The translations under genes were made by a program, and so were the position numbers. From Acidobacteriaceae bacterium (lineage in GTDB: Bacteria; Acidobacteriota; Terriglobia; Terriglobales; Acidobacteriaceae): a stretch of 64,000 bases of DNA. The DNA lies in the NCBI GenBank assembly GCA_036500805.1, contig DASYBK010000080.1:1719-65718 (forward strand), given 5' to 3'. Each line of letters opens with the position of its first letter. Position 1 is the stretch's first letter. Shown here in pieces: positions 8,990 through 20,600 of the stretch. The notes below the pieces were generated by a model. That model had not been told where the DNA came from, did not search any database, and was given only the letters and a program-made list of their open reading frames with translations.

Positions 8990-11900
8990 GTGAAGAGTAA
9001 CGTTCGGTCCATTTGGGCTTCCATCCTTTATCAGTTTTCCTCCTCATCTCTTTTTTACATGGTGGGCCTGGGCCTGCTCTTCCTCGCGAGCCTCGGCGGG
9101 AATACCAGGATCGCATCTGCGCAAGCCGGCGGTGTCACGAATATCAACATCGGGACCACGGTAAAGACGCAAAACGCGAAGCGGCTCGGCATCAATCTCA
9201 GCGGTCAATCGTTCTATGACTCCGGTCAGATGCTGCGGAATGTCATCTTCCGCAATCCCGGCTTCGAAGGCGAGACCTGGCGCTCCATCCTGAAATGCAA
9301 GACGGTAGTCGGCGACGGATGCTATGCGGACGACCCGTGGTCTTCATGGCCGGCCAATTTTCTGCAAGGTGCCACGGTCCAATTCATCACCGGCGCATCG
9401 AAGGGTCTCACAGGAACCATCAGCGGACTGGATATCGCCAACGCGACCTCCAACCTGAGCACGCTGCTGCACATGACCGGTCTGGCGCACGCGCCGACCG
9501 CGGGCGACTACTACGTGGTGTCGAAGACGATTCCCGGCAACCCGCAGGCGGGCTGGTGGCCGAGCACATCCGGCGGCGCTACGCTGACTGCCGACACGAC
9601 TGACCTGTCTCCGGAATCACCGGGCAAGCAGGCGCTCGCGATGAACGCGAACGGGTCGGGACAGAGTGCGAGCATCGCTTCCTTCTTCGACACGATGAAC
9701 GGCCGCTCCTTCCTCCAACTGAACGGCACCTACACGCTGACCTTCCGCGCCAAGGGGCTGGGCGGTTCGAACTCGCTCTCGGTCAGCGTTTCGCGCCAGG
9801 CAGGGCCGAAGCACGGCACTGAGACATTTCTGAACCAGAACGTTCAGTTGAGCAATCAGTGGCACGACTACACCTACTCGTTCCAGGCGAATGAAGACGG
9901 TTCGTTTGTCGGGATTGCCGGGGTGACGTTCGCGATCAGCGGCGGTTCGGCATTGCTCGATGACGCTGCGCTGACGGAAGCGGCGGCTTCGGATAATCCC
10001 ACGCCGTTCCGCAACGCTGTCGTGGATCGTCTGCGCGAACTGCACCCGGGCGTCCTGCGCTACATGGACAACGGGACAGACTTTGGCAGCACGATCGACA
10101 ACATGATCGCGACGCCGTTTGCGCGGCTGCGCGCCGGCTACAGCCAGAACTCGGCGGAGCAGGACGATGTTCCGATCGGGCTGGAGGAGTTCCTGCAGCT
10201 CTGCCAGGCGATTGACGCCGAGCCGTGGTTCACCGTGCCCAATGCGGTCTCGCAGACCGAGATGCAGAACCTCATCCAGTTCCTGAATGGCGATGCCTCG
10301 ACCAAGTATGGCGCGATACGCGCGGCGCTCGGGCAGTCGGCGCCGTGGACTTCGGTCTTCCCGGTGATCCACCTGGAGCTGGGCAACGAGAACTGGAATA
10401 CAGGATCGTTTCCCGGAGAGACCATCAACGATCCGGTGGCGACAGGGCAGCGGGCGCAGGATATCTTTACCGCGGCCCGGCAGGCGCCGGAGTACGACGC
10501 CTCGAAGTTCGACCTGATCATGAATGGCTGGGCCGCGGTGCCGTGGTACAACCAGCAGGAATTGCTGCAGACCAGCGCAGCCGACACCATCGACGTTGCG
10601 CCCTACACCTTCAATGCGTTCAACAGCTACGGATCGAATGAGGCGATCTACGGATCGATGTTTGCCGAGCCGGAGGCGGTCGATAGCCTGTCGAGCGGCT
10701 CTATGTATCAGCAGATGCAGACCGCAGCTTCGGCATCGCACCCGGTGAAGCTCGCGGTGTACGAGGTCAATCTCAGCACAGTCTCGGGAAGCGCGTCGCA
10801 GAGCATGGTGAACCAGGTGGTTCCATCGGTGGGCGCGGGCCTGTCTGTGGTCGACCACATGCTGCTGATGATGCGCGACGATGGCGTGACCCTGCAGAAC
10901 ATGTTCGCCCTGCCTGAATATGCGAACGGCTTCAACAATACCAATGGCGGTGGCGGCGAAAGCACTCCGCTTTGGGGGACCGTGATCGACATGGGCGGCG
11001 CGACTAACTTGTGCCGACCGCAGTTTCTGGCCGAAGAGCTGGCGAACACCGCAATTACCGGCAACCTGCTTGAGACCATCCAGACGGGCGCGAATCCAAC
11101 CTGGAATCAGCCGACCAACTCGAACACCAATATTGCCACGCCGAACGCCCACTACCTGCAGTCGTTTGCATTCTCTGACGGCTCGAGCAACGGCGTGATC
11201 GTCTTCAACCTGCATCGGACCAGCGCGCTTCCCGTGACATTCTCTGGCGCCAACGCGCCGAAGGGCACGGTGAAGATTGCTCAACTTACCTCGGCCAACA
11301 TCACCGACAACAACGAGCAGAGCAGCGTAGTGCAATCTCCACAGGCCTCCACGGTAAGCAACTTCGATCCGACGAAGAGCACCTCGCTCCGGCCGTTTTC
11401 GATGACCGTCTTTACCTGGGGCGCCGACTCGGGCACTCCCAGCCAGCCTTCAACGCAGGCTACGAAGAGCGTGCTCACCGCATCGCCCACGCAGGTCACC
11501 GCCGGCCAGACGGTGACACTGACTGCGTCGGTGACCTCAAGCAACGGAACGCCGGATGGCTCGGTGAACTTCCTCGACGGCTCCAATTCGCTGGGAATCG
11601 CCGCGCTCTCCAAGGGCACGGCGAAGGTGACGACCACGTCGCTGTCTGCGGGCGTGCATACACTGATCGTGAATTACCAGGGAAGCTCCAGCTATGACGC
11701 CTCGGCATCACAAGCGGTGACAGTGACTGTCGGCGCCGCAGCAAAGAACCAAACGACAACGGCGCTTTCAACAAGCGCTTCGAGCGTGAACTCGGGAGCG
11801 GCGCTGAGCTTCGCGGTGGCGGTGACCGGAAAGCAGACGCCCACCGGTTCGGTCAACGTTGCTCTGAATGGCAAGACCTTCGGCTCGGCAACCCTGAGCG

Positions 11901-13429
11901 GCGGCAAGGCGACGGTGAGCGGCACCGCACCGGCGGCCGGCACTTATGCGGCGGTTGCTCAGTACGCCGGGGATGCCTCCGATGCAGCGTCGACTTCCAA
12001 TAATGTTTCGCTCGCAGTGACCAGCGGCCAGCCGAAGGCGGTGGCCACCAGCACGACCGTATCTGTGAATCCGAGCGCCGCGGTCGTGGGACAGAACGCG
12101 GTCGTGAGCGCCAAGGTGACGCCGTCGTCGGGTACGGCGACGCCTACCGGCTCGGTGCAGTTCTTCCTGGGAGCGAATGCGATCGGCACAGGGACGCTGA
12201 GCGGCGGTGTGGCTACGGTGCCGGTGACTGCGCCTTCCGCCGGAACCTACAAGCTGAGCGCGAAGTACGCGGGCAGTAGCGATGCGACTGCATCCGCCTC
12301 CGGAGATGTGGCCTGGGTGGTGAACGCCGCAACGGCGGGCGTTGTAGCGACCACAACCCAACTCAAGCTGAGCGCAACAAACGTCACCGCGGGAGATACA
12401 GTTAAGATCACGGTGGCTGTGGCCTCGGCCAACGGAAAGACCATTCCGAAGGGAACGGTTTCGATCTCCGGCAGTTCCACAGCACTCGCTCCGGTCGCCG
12501 CCGTCAATGGCAACGCCGCATTGCAGCTCAACACTAGTCAGGCGGGTGTCTTCACGCTGGTCGCGGACTTTACCGGCGATGGCAAGACGAGCGGCAGCTC
12601 GGTTTCAAAGGCGGTGGTGCTGACAGTGAATGCGGTGCCTACATCAAGTCCGGAACAGCCGACTCCGCCAGCGCCGACCCCAACTCCCACACCGACTCCC
12701 GTACCCACTCCGACTCCCGTACCCACTCCGACCCCCGTACCTACGCCAACACCGACACCAACGCCGACTCCCACACCAACACCAACGCCAACACCGACAC
12801 CAACGCCAACACCAACGCCGACTCCTACACCAACGCCAACACCGACACCAACGCCAACACCAACGCCAACACCAACGCCGACTCCGACGGGAAGCGGCAC
12901 GGTATCTCTGCAGCTCAGCTCCTCGTCGGTGCAGTTGCAGCCGGGCCAGACATCGTCGCCGGTGACAGTGCAGGTAACGCCAAAGAATGGCTTCAGTCAG
13001 ACGGTGAAGATGGCCTGCCAGGGATTGCCCGCGAATGTAGCCTGCGCCTTCCAGCCAGCATCGCTTGCGGTGGCGAACAATCCGGCGAGTACAACCATGA
13101 ACGTCAGCAGCAGTACCGCGGCGAACGCCGACGTTGCTGCTTCAAGTGCGGGGTTCTCCGGGATTGCCTATGGCGCGATGCTGCCGTGGAACCTGATCGG
13201 GATGCTCGCAACTGCAGCGGCGCGCAAGCGCAAGAAGCTGGGTCTGCTGCGGACGCTGATGCTGCTGGTGCTGACCGGCGCCGGAGCGATGGCGATGAGC
13301 GGCTGCGGCGTGAGCTACAACTCGGTAGCGCAGACGTTTCACGTCACGCTGACGGCGACAGCCAATGGAACGACGGTGAATACGGCAACGTTCGATGTCG
13401 TGCTGCAGGAGAAGACAACGCCGTGGTAG
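8990..13429 (+). CDS. Large secreted protein: CBM-like + GH51/clan A-like catalytic domain + bacterial Ig-like repeats + Pro-Thr linker + C-terminal membrane hairpin
   Basis: N-terminal signal region; NPGFEG; LELGNENWN (acid/base-like) and VYEVN (nucleophile-like); about four Ig repeats (PTGSVQF..., YAGD...S); (PT)n; hydrophobic-basic-hydrophobic-GC tail. Confidence 0.75.
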   Translation: MKSNVRSIWASILYQFSSSSLFYMVGLGLLFLASLGGNTRIASAQAGGVTNINIGTTVKTQNAKRLGINLSGQSFYDSGQMLRNVIFRNPGFEGETWRSILKCKTVVGDGCYADDPWSSWPANFLQGATVQFITGASKGLTGTISGLDIANATSNLSTLLHMTGLAHAPTAGDYYVVSKTIPGNPQAGWWPSTSGGATLTADTTDLSPESPGKQALAMNANGSGQSASIASFFDTMNGRSFLQLNGTYTLTFRAKGLGGSNSLSVSVSRQAGPKHGTETFLNQNVQLSNQWHDYTYSFQANEDGSFVGIAGVTFAISGGSALLDDAALTEAAASDNPTPFRNAVVDRLRELHPGVLRYMDNGTDFGSTIDNMIATPFARLRAGYSQNSAEQDDVPIGLEEFLQLCQAIDAEPWFTVPNAVSQTEMQNLIQFLNGDASTKYGAIRAALGQSAPWTSVFPVIHLELGNENWNTGSFPGETINDPVATGQRAQDIFTAARQAPEYDASKFDLIMNGWAAVPWYNQQELLQTSAADTIDVAPYTFNAFNSYGSNEAIYGSMFAEPEAVDSLSSGSMYQQMQTAASASHPVKLAVYEVNLSTVSGSASQSMVNQVVPSVGAGLSVVDHMLLMMRDDGVTLQNMFALPEYANGFNNTNGGGGESTPLWGTVIDMGGATNLCRPQFLAEELANTAITGNLLETIQTGANPTWNQPTNSNTNIATPNAHYLQSFAFSDGSSNGVIVFNLHRTSALPVTFSGANAPKGTVKIAQLTSANITDNNEQSSVVQSPQASTVSNFDPTKSTSLRPFSMTVFTWGADSGTPSQPSTQATKSVLTASPTQVTAGQTVTLTASVTSSNGTPDGSVNFLDGSNSLGIAALSKGTAKVTTTSLSAGVHTLIVNYQGSSSYDASASQAVTVTVGAAAKNQTTTALSTSASSVNSGAALSFAVAVTGKQTPTGSVNVALNGKTFGSATLSGGKATVSGTAPAAGTYAAVAQYAGDASDAASTSNNVSLAVTSGQPKAVATSTTVSVNPSAAVVGQNAVVSAKVTPSSGTATPTGSVQFFLGANAIGTGTLSGGVATVPVTAPSAGTYKLSAKYAGSSDATASASGDVAWVVNAATAGVVATTTQLKLSATNVTAGDTVKITVAVASANGKTIPKGTVSISGSSTALAPVAAVNGNAALQLNTSQAGVFTLVADFTGDGKTSGSSVSKAVVLTVNAVPTSSPEQPTPPAPTPTPTPTPVPTPTPVPTPTPVPTPTPTPTPTPTPTPTPTPTPTPTPTPTPTPTPTPTPTPTPTPTPTPTPTGSGTVSLQLSSSSVQLQPGQTSSPVTVQVTPKNGFSQTVKMACQGLPANVACAFQPASLAVANNPASTTMNVSSSTAANADVAASSAGFSGIAYGAMLPWNLIGMLATAAARKRKKLGLLRTLMLLVLTGAGAMAMSGCGVSYNSVAQTFHVTLTATANGTTVNTATFDVVLQEKTTPW
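12659..12888 (+). repeat. Pro-Thr coding low-complexity repeat (CCN-ACN)n
   Basis: Degenerate 6-bp unit ccaacg/ccgact/ccaaca repeated more than 30 times, with three PTPVPT variants. Confidence 0.95.
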
Positions 13430-13496
13430 ACGGTTTTCACAAGCGGGCAGCTTTGTGAAGACGGTATAGAGCGTTGCTGATCCTTGAAACCTGAAG

Positions 13497-13531
13497 GGGC
13501 GCGGCTTGCGAGTCACGCCCCGATTTCTTTT
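13497..13531 (+). terminator. Probable intrinsic terminator between the convergent Ig protein and NRPS genes
   Basis: GGGCGCGGCT-tgcg-AGTCACGCCC imperfect stem followed by GATTTCTTTTT. Confidence 0.55.
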
Positions 13532-13558
13532 GGCGCGGTTGCGACGGCGCGATGTCCG

Positions 13559-16500
13559 TCAAAGTGAGGCGGTGGGCAGCAGACGGCTGTCTGGCGGCGC
13601 GGACGCCGGCGACGAGGCGCTGGCCGGCATTGGATTAAACTCCGCGTCTTCGAGGCAGCGGCGGACAAGCTCCGCGGTAGTCTCGAGCTTCTCACCCAGG
13701 AACATGGTTTCGTGATCGCCAGGCGCCCAGAGCACCTCCACGCCGTGCATGGCTACCTGCTCCCACCCGCAAGCAGCGCTCGCGCCCGGAACCTCGCGCG
13801 AGTCGTGCGCACGGATCAGCGTAATGCGGATCGGGGCCGGTTCCGGACGATAAGCATGAAGAGCCGCAAAGGTGGTGAGCGTGGTGCTGTACATGAACTG
13901 CGGCAGCGGCATGCGAAAGCGATTCGCCAGTGCGTTGAACGTGCTCCAGTGGCTGATGAAAAAGCGATTGCGTCGATTTAGCACATATCGGGTGACGGCG
14001 CTGCGAACATAGCGCACGCGCTGGCCCATGGAGAGGGACTGCATCTTCTCGCTGTGACGGCGCAGTTTAGCCTGGATGACCTTCCACCCAGACGCAACCG
14101 AGCCGTTTCCCTTCGTCCCTTCGACGCTGTTCAGATAGCCCGGCAGCCAGGAGTCGAAGAGGATGACCGCGCCGATCGTCTCACCCGCCTCGATGAGCTG
14201 GCGCGCAAGCTCGACGGTGAGCGGGCCGGCCGCGCACCATCCCATGACCGAATAGGGGCCATGTGGCTGCACCGCGCGTATCTCGCGCACATAGTTTGCG
14301 ACCCGCTCCTGCATGTTGAGCTCGCTATCTGTCTCCAGCTCGCGCACGCCATAAAAGGGCTGCGTCTGGCCCAGAGCCTGAGAGAGGCCCTGGTAGAGCA
14401 GATAGGAGTGAATCATGAAGACCGGCGGCCGATGACCATGCGTCTGCACCGGCACCATGGCGCGTATCTCGCCCTGATTGCGCAGCCGCTCGGAGAGTTT
14501 GGCGACGGTGCCGGCGTCGAAGATAGTCGTGATCGGCAGACGAGTGCCGAAGCTCTTGTTGACGCGCGCGAAGAGCCGTACCAGCAGCAGCGAATTGCCG
14601 CCTGCTTCGAAGAAGGGCAGGTGGGGATCGACAGCATCGAGGTTGAGAACGTCCTTCCAGATGTGACTCAGCTCGCGCGACACATCATCGATTGCCGGAG
14701 AGGGCGCTTCGTCGGGCGCAGGGATGGCACTCTTCGGCGCCGGGGACGTGACCGTCAAACGTGTGGCATCCACGGAACCATCCAGGCGGAACGGGAGTGC
14801 CGGAGTTAGCTGCAATGAAGCCGGTACCAGATGCTGCGGCAGCGTTGCCAGGAGCGAGTTGCGCAGCTCCAGTGGATCAGCCGCGTCACGCGCGATGATC
14901 CACGCGGCAAGCTGCGGGGCTCCGTCTTCGCGATGCTGCATTCGCGTCGTCGCATCGAGGACGCCGGGCAAACGCAGCAGAGCCGCGTCGAGATCGCTCA
15001 GCCGCACACGATGCCCATGCAGAAGCACGACAGAGTTGCTGGTGCCGAGAATGCGAAAGGTTCCGCCTGCGGCCGACTGCGCAAGATAGCCGGTGCGCTC
15101 GGAGCTGGAAGCAGCAAGCTCGCCGGTAGCGCCCGGAGGAACGGAAAGGCCGTCCGGCGCCAGTACGGAAAGCATCGCACCGGGCAGCGGCGTGAACTCC
15201 GTGTCCGGTGAGGCAACGGCAACCGGACCGGAGGGCCCGGAGAGCACGGCGGCCGCGGCGCGGACCGGAATGGTTTCTGAAATACTCTGCGGGGTCTTCT
15301 TCCGCATCCAGCCGGGATGCGCGATGTGGCGTCCGCGGGCGATGGCGGTGAGACGGCGATCGCCGCTCCAGCCATTAGCAATCCACGCCCGCCATTCGGC
15401 CGGCTCGGCGATGGCTGCGGTGATCTGGCGCTCGTCCAGCAGCGACTGCAAGGCGAGATCGCCGTGGGATGCAACCAGGTCGAGGGAGGCACCGGTATAA
15501 AAGGCAAGCAGCAGATCGAAGAAAGCATCTGCAGGCGACGCAGCCGGCAGGGCGAGCAAAGCATCTTCGGCGGAGAGATGCAGCGTAGCTGCAAGCGTGG
15601 CCACGCGCCGGAGAGTCTCGGCGAAGGCCACATCTGTAGTTACAAATGCAGCGGCCTGGTCCGATGCTACTGTTACCTGCGGCGTGGCCCAGAATTGCGG
15701 CTGGGATCGAGCGGCGGCCGACGCAGGGGAAAGCGTGCCGATCTCCTCATAGGCTACGGTATGCTTCGCGGAGGCTGTTTCTTCGCGCATCAGCCGCTTT
15801 GGCGCCAGCAGCAGCGAGCTGTCCGCGGCCGCCAGTGAGAGATCGTCGGCTGTGGTGTGGGCGGGCAGAGGAGTGATGCGCGGACCGCGCTCGCCTAATG
15901 CGATCAGCGCCAGCAATGCTATGGCCGACTCCACTTCGGGTGTGAGGACTACGAGCGCGCGGGTCGCCCCGTTCAGCAAATCCTTCTCGACCAGATGCGC
16001 GGCGAGTGCCTGACTGCGCTCGTCAAGTTCCTGCCAGGTCAGGCGTTGTGTTCCAGCCCGGATGGCAATCGCCTGTGGTCTGGCAGCAGTGTAGGCGGCA
16101 ACGGTTGCGAGCAGATCGGCCGGCGCCGCATGGGCAGCGGCGGGCAGCGGCGCTTCGGCAGACGGAGAGGCGGAAGACGGCAGCGCAATCTGCGAGACAG
16201 GCCGGTCAGGATGCGCGAGTGCAGCGGTGAGCATCTGCTGAAAGGCCGCGAGCAGCCCTTCGATCCGCTCGGCCGAGAAAAGATCGGTATTGTATTCGAT
16301 TTGCAGCCGCGGTCCTTCGGCGCGCTCGACAACGCTGACCAGCAGATCGAAATCGACGCCGCCGGAAACGGAGCGCAGCGGCGTGAGGTGCACACCGGGA
16401 ATCTCCTGCGGCTGCATGAAGGCCTTCTGGTAGACGAACCAGACCTGCAGGAACTGCGAGCCGGCGCCCTCCTGGCTCATCTGGAATTCTTCAATGATGC

Positions 16501-17665
16501 GGGAGAAGGGCATGTCCTGGTGGGTGTAGGCGGAGGTCTCCCAATCGCGGACGCGCGTTTCGAGCTCGCGGAATGTGGGATCGCCTTCGACATCGGCGAC
16601 GATGATCTGCGGATTGGCAAAGCGCCCGACGATATCTTCCATGCCGGGCTGGGTGCGGTTCGCAATGGTCGAGCCGAGCAGGAAGCGGCGCTGTCCGCTG
16701 AAGCGCGCACACAGCGCCTCGAAGCACGCGAGCAGCACAATGTGCTTGGTCGAACCGCTCTTGCGGCAATAGGCCACCAGCGCGTCGTTCAGCGATGCCG
16801 GCAGAAGCACGGAGGCGATGGTGCCGGGAAAGCTGCGGCCGGCCTGCCGCGGATGGTCGGCCGGCATGTCGAGCGTAGGCAGGTCGCGGCGAATGTGGCT
16901 GGTCCAGAAGCGGAGCGCGTCCTTGGCTCGCTCGCTGGCCAGATATTCGTTCTGCCATACGGTGAAGTCGGCGAACTGGAATGGAAGCTGGGGCAGGCCG
17001 CTAGCCGGTCCTGCGGCAATCTCCTCGGCGGGACCGGCACCAGTGCGCAATGCCAGATAGATCTTCATCAGATCGCGCAACAGCAGCCCATTGGACCAGC
17101 CGTCGCAAACGATGTGGTTCATCGTCATGGCCAGGACGTGCTGCTCGGTGGAAAGCTTCAGCAGGCGCGCGCGCAGCACCGGGCCATGCGCCAGATCGAT
17201 GTAGAGATGGCTATGCGCGGAGAGTGCCGCGCCAAGATCCGCCTGCGGGACCTCGGAGCCGTCTGCGTGACTCAGATCCTGCTGCGTGAACTCATAGAGT
17301 GGCCGGGTGAGAATGACCTGCGAAAGGTGCCCATCCACCATACGGAAGAGGGTGCGCAGGGCCTCATGCCGCAGCGTGAGCGCGGCAATCGCCTGCTCTA
17401 CCAGCAACGCGTCGAGCGGCCCCGTGATCTCGCAGGAGATCGCCATATTGGAGGCGGTTGAGCCAGGATCGATCTGAGCCAGTGTCCAGTAGCGGCTCTG
17501 TTCCAGACTCGCCGGGACCACATACGTCTCTTCGCCCGCGCGGTTTATGGCATCGGTTGACGCGGTTGAAGAGTGGTGATTATGGTTTGCGGCGATCTCG
17601 TCCTGTGAGGCCACTTCCGGTGAGTCGAGATGGGGGGCTTGTGTCATCCTCGGGAAAACTTTCAA
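13559..17665 (-). CDS. NRPS-like protein: C - degenerate A - T - thioesterase (Cys nucleophile)
   Basis: C motif MNHIVCDGWS. The A region lacks the SGSTG P-loop and has LPFRLDGSVD at A10 (no Lys). T motif FFEAGGNSLL. TE motifs GWCAAG and PGDHETM. Alternative start ATG 17647. Confidence 0.88.
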   Translation of the reverse strand: MKVFPRMTQAPHLDSPEVASQDEIAANHNHHSSTASTDAINRAGEETYVVPASLEQSRYWTLAQIDPGSTASNMAISCEITGPLDALLVEQAIAALTLRHEALRTLFRMVDGHLSQVILTRPLYEFTQQDLSHADGSEVPQADLGAALSAHSHLYIDLAHGPVLRARLLKLSTEQHVLAMTMNHIVCDGWSNGLLLRDLMKIYLALRTGAGPAEEIAAGPASGLPQLPFQFADFTVWQNEYLASERAKDALRFWTSHIRRDLPTLDMPADHPRQAGRSFPGTIASVLLPASLNDALVAYCRKSGSTKHIVLLACFEALCARFSGQRRFLLGSTIANRTQPGMEDIVGRFANPQIIVADVEGDPTFRELETRVRDWETSAYTHQDMPFSRIIEEFQMSQEGAGSQFLQVWFVYQKAFMQPQEIPGVHLTPLRSVSGGVDFDLLVSVVERAEGPRLQIEYNTDLFSAERIEGLLAAFQQMLTAALAHPDRPVSQIALPSSASPSAEAPLPAAAHAAPADLLATVAAYTAARPQAIAIRAGTQRLTWQELDERSQALAAHLVEKDLLNGATRALVVLTPEVESAIALLALIALGERGPRITPLPAHTTADDLSLAAADSSLLLAPKRLMREETASAKHTVAYEEIGTLSPASAAARSQPQFWATPQVTVASDQAAAFVTTDVAFAETLRRVATLAATLHLSAEDALLALPAASPADAFFDLLLAFYTGASLDLVASHGDLALQSLLDERQITAAIAEPAEWRAWIANGWSGDRRLTAIARGRHIAHPGWMRKKTPQSISETIPVRAAAAVLSGPSGPVAVASPDTEFTPLPGAMLSVLAPDGLSVPPGATGELAASSSERTGYLAQSAAGGTFRILGTSNSVVLLHGHRVRLSDLDAALLRLPGVLDATTRMQHREDGAPQLAAWIIARDAADPLELRNSLLATLPQHLVPASLQLTPALPFRLDGSVDATRLTVTSPAPKSAIPAPDEAPSPAIDDVSRELSHIWKDVLNLDAVDPHLPFFEAGGNSLLLVRLFARVNKSFGTRLPITTIFDAGTVAKLSERLRNQGEIRAMVPVQTHGHRPPVFMIHSYLLYQGLSQALGQTQPFYGVRELETDSELNMQERVANYVREIRAVQPHGPYSVMGWCAAGPLTVELARQLIEAGETIGAVILFDSWLPGYLNSVEGTKGNGSVASGWKVIQAKLRRHSEKMQSLSMGQRVRYVRSAVTRYVLNRRNRFFISHWSTFNALANRFRMPLPQFMYSTTLTTFAALHAYRPEPAPIRITLIRAHDSREVPGASAACGWEQVAMHGVEVLWAPGDHETMFLGEKLETTAELVRRCLEDAEFNPMPASASSPASAPPDSRLLPTASL

Positions 17666-17683
17666 TACGAACTGCGCCCGGTA

Positions 17684-20600
17684 TCAGACCGCTTGCACCT
17701 TTCGAAAACGGTCTCGGGCTATAGCTTTTATAGTATGCGTGGCCGGCGTGCCTGTGTCAGAACCTTCGCGCCGGGCTTTCTCGATTTCGGCAGCCAGAGT
17801 GGAAATATTCTTACTCTGGAATAACTGTTTTGCAGTCACAGCTATGCCGGCCTGCGTGGCTTGTGTAGTGATACGGAAGATAGACAGCGAGTCGCCCCCT
17901 AGCTCGAAGATACTGTCATCCATAGATACAGAAGCAACGCCCAGGACGCGGCTGAAGATAGCTGCCAATTGCTCCTCAAGCGGCGTGCGTGGCGGTTGGA
18001 GGGTCCGCTCGGACGCGGCGTGATCGAGCTGCGGGGACGGCAGCGCGCGGTAATCGACCTTGCCGTTTGTGGTACGCGGAAACGAGGGCACCAGCACGAT
18101 GGCCTGCGGCTGCATATGCTCGGGCAGTTGCGTGCGCAGGTACTCGCGCAGCTCGCTGGTGAACCGGGCGGGCTCCATGCCGTTTCGCGAGATCGCGTAG
18201 AGGGCCAGCCGCTTGTCGCCGGGAACGTCCTCGGCGCTCGTCCAATCGGCGCGGGCACAGGCCACGGCCGCGCGCACCTCAGGGAACTGCTCGGCGGCAT
18301 GCTCGATCTCACCCAACTCGATACGATAGCCGCGGATCTTGATCTGAGCATCGCGGCGGCCGAGGAACTCAAGGAGACCGTCGCGTGTGTAACGCGCCAG
18401 ATCGCCGGTGCGATAGACGCGTTCCGCGATAGTGTGCGCGCCGGCTTCCAGGCGGAACTCGACGAACTTGGCCGCGGTGAGGTCAGGCGCGTTGAGGTAG
18501 CCGAGGGCAAGACCATCGCCTGCGGCGCATAGCTCGCCGGGCACGCCGACCGGCACGGGACGCTGTGCTTCGTCGAGCAGGTAGACGCGTGTGTTTGCGA
18601 TGGGCTGTCCGATGGGCACGGTACCGCGGTCGAGGTCCGCAAGCTGAATGGTGTGACAGCAGGTGAAGGTCGTGTTTTCGGTTGGTCCGTAGCCGTTGAT
18701 CAGCCGCAGCCGGGGCGCAGCTTCGAGCAGAGTGCGGACGTGCGCGACGGAAAGTACATCGCCGCCCGCAAGCAACTGACGCAGTGGCTTAAGCGCGTCG
18801 AGATGATCCATCACCATCAGGTGGAAGAGCGCCGCGGTGAGCCACAGAGTGGTGATGCCGTGCTGGCGGATGGCTGCGCCGATCTCTTCCGGCGCGGGCT
18901 TCGCGCCTGGCATCAGAACAAGGCGGCCGCCGTTGAGCAATGCGCCCCATATCTCGAATGTGGAGGCATCAAAGGTGACCGGCGCGAGCTGCAGGATGAC
19001 TTCGTCCGGACCGAAATGCGCGTAGTTGGTATTCGACACCAGTCGAATCACCGCGCGATGCGGGACGACGACGCCTTTGGGCTTTCCCGTCGATCCGGAA
19101 GTGTAGATCATGTAGGCCGGCGCGGTTGCAGCGACGGCTAGCGGCGTCGCTGCTGTGGCGGGGGCGAGGCGGAGCGATTCGAACGCAATGGTCGGGACGG
19201 CCAAGCGACTGAAACGCTCTGCCAGCCGCTGCTGCGTGACCAGCACCTGGGGCTCGGCATCGTCGAGCAGCATCGCGACACGTGCGGCGGGATACTCGGG
19301 ATCTATCGGCACATACATGCCGCCGGCCTTGAGTGTGCCCAACAACGCGACAATCTGCTCCGGCGCGCGCTCCATGGAGATGGCAATGCGCAATCCGGAG
19401 TCCGAGTCGATGTGTTTTCCGTATTCCGTAGTGAGCCATGCAGCGAAGGCATCCGATCGCGCGTCGAGCTCGCGATAGGTCAGCGAATCCGAGCCGTCAG
19501 AGCCCGCAGGCCAGACCACTGCGATCGCATCCGGCGTGCGCGCGGCCTGCTCGCGAAAGAGTTGCGCGATCGAGCTCTCACGCGGGTAGTCGGTCGCGGT
19601 CTGGTTCCAGGCGATCAGCTGCTCTTCGAGCTCGGCGCTGGAGAGCATGCGCAGCTCGCCGATCGGATGCGTAGGATTCGCCGCAGCATCGGTGGCCAGC
19701 AATGCGAGCGCTTCGATCCAGCGCGCAATGGTCTCGCGATCGTAGAGCGAGGTGTTGTAATCGCAGTCGAGAAGCAGGTCCACACCGCGATCGACGAAGT
19801 TGAAGAAGAGGTCCGCGGAGGCGGCGGTCTTGGGATTGGGATCAAGCTGCGCCGTGAGTCCCTCGAACGAGAGGCGCGAGCCAACCTGCTCCAGGTTGAA
19901 CTGAACCTCTGCGAGCGGCAGCCTGGACGGGTCGCGTACAATCTTCAACTGCTGGATGAGAGAAAGCAGCGTATAGTGCTGATGATCCAAGGCATCGTAG
20001 ACGGTATTCTGGACATCATTGGCGAGCGCGGCAAACGTCGAGTTTGCATCGGGGCGGATGCGCAACGGCAGGAAATTTACAGCGTGGCCGACGAAGCTCT
20101 TGCCCGGAACATCGCGCTGGCCGGCCATAGGGACGCCGATCACGATGTCGTTTTGACCAGTCAGGCGGCCGAGCAGCGCGGCATACGTGCTCAGTAGTGT
20201 GACAAATAGCGTAGTGCCGCCCTGCTGCGAGGCTGCGCGCAGCCGGGCGAGAAAATCCCCGGAGAAGAGATGGCGATAGGTGGCGCCGGCATGCGAGCGC
20301 AGCGCGGGCCGTGGCCGGTCGGTGGGGAGTTGCAGCGGCTCAGGGAGCGTGGTGTACTGCGACTTCCAGAAATCGGCAATCGCGGTGCCCTCGGCCGAGG
20401 AGCGGGCGGCATGCTCTGCGCGCGCCTGCTCGAGCAGCGAATGCGGGGGCAGAAGCTCCGGTGTGGAGCGGGTACGCGCAGCGCTATAGAGCAGGCCCAG
20501 CTCTTCAAAGAGCACATTGATCGACCAGCCGTCGAGCACGATGTGGTGCGCGGTCAGGATGAGGGCGTGCTGAGCGGGTGCGAGCTTCAGCAGGATGGCG

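Noticed and set aside
12538-12900. (GV)n minus-strand ORF / possible tandem array or CRISPR
   Set aside because: It is the reverse complement of the Pro-Thr linker; it has no unique spacers and no cas genes are nearby.
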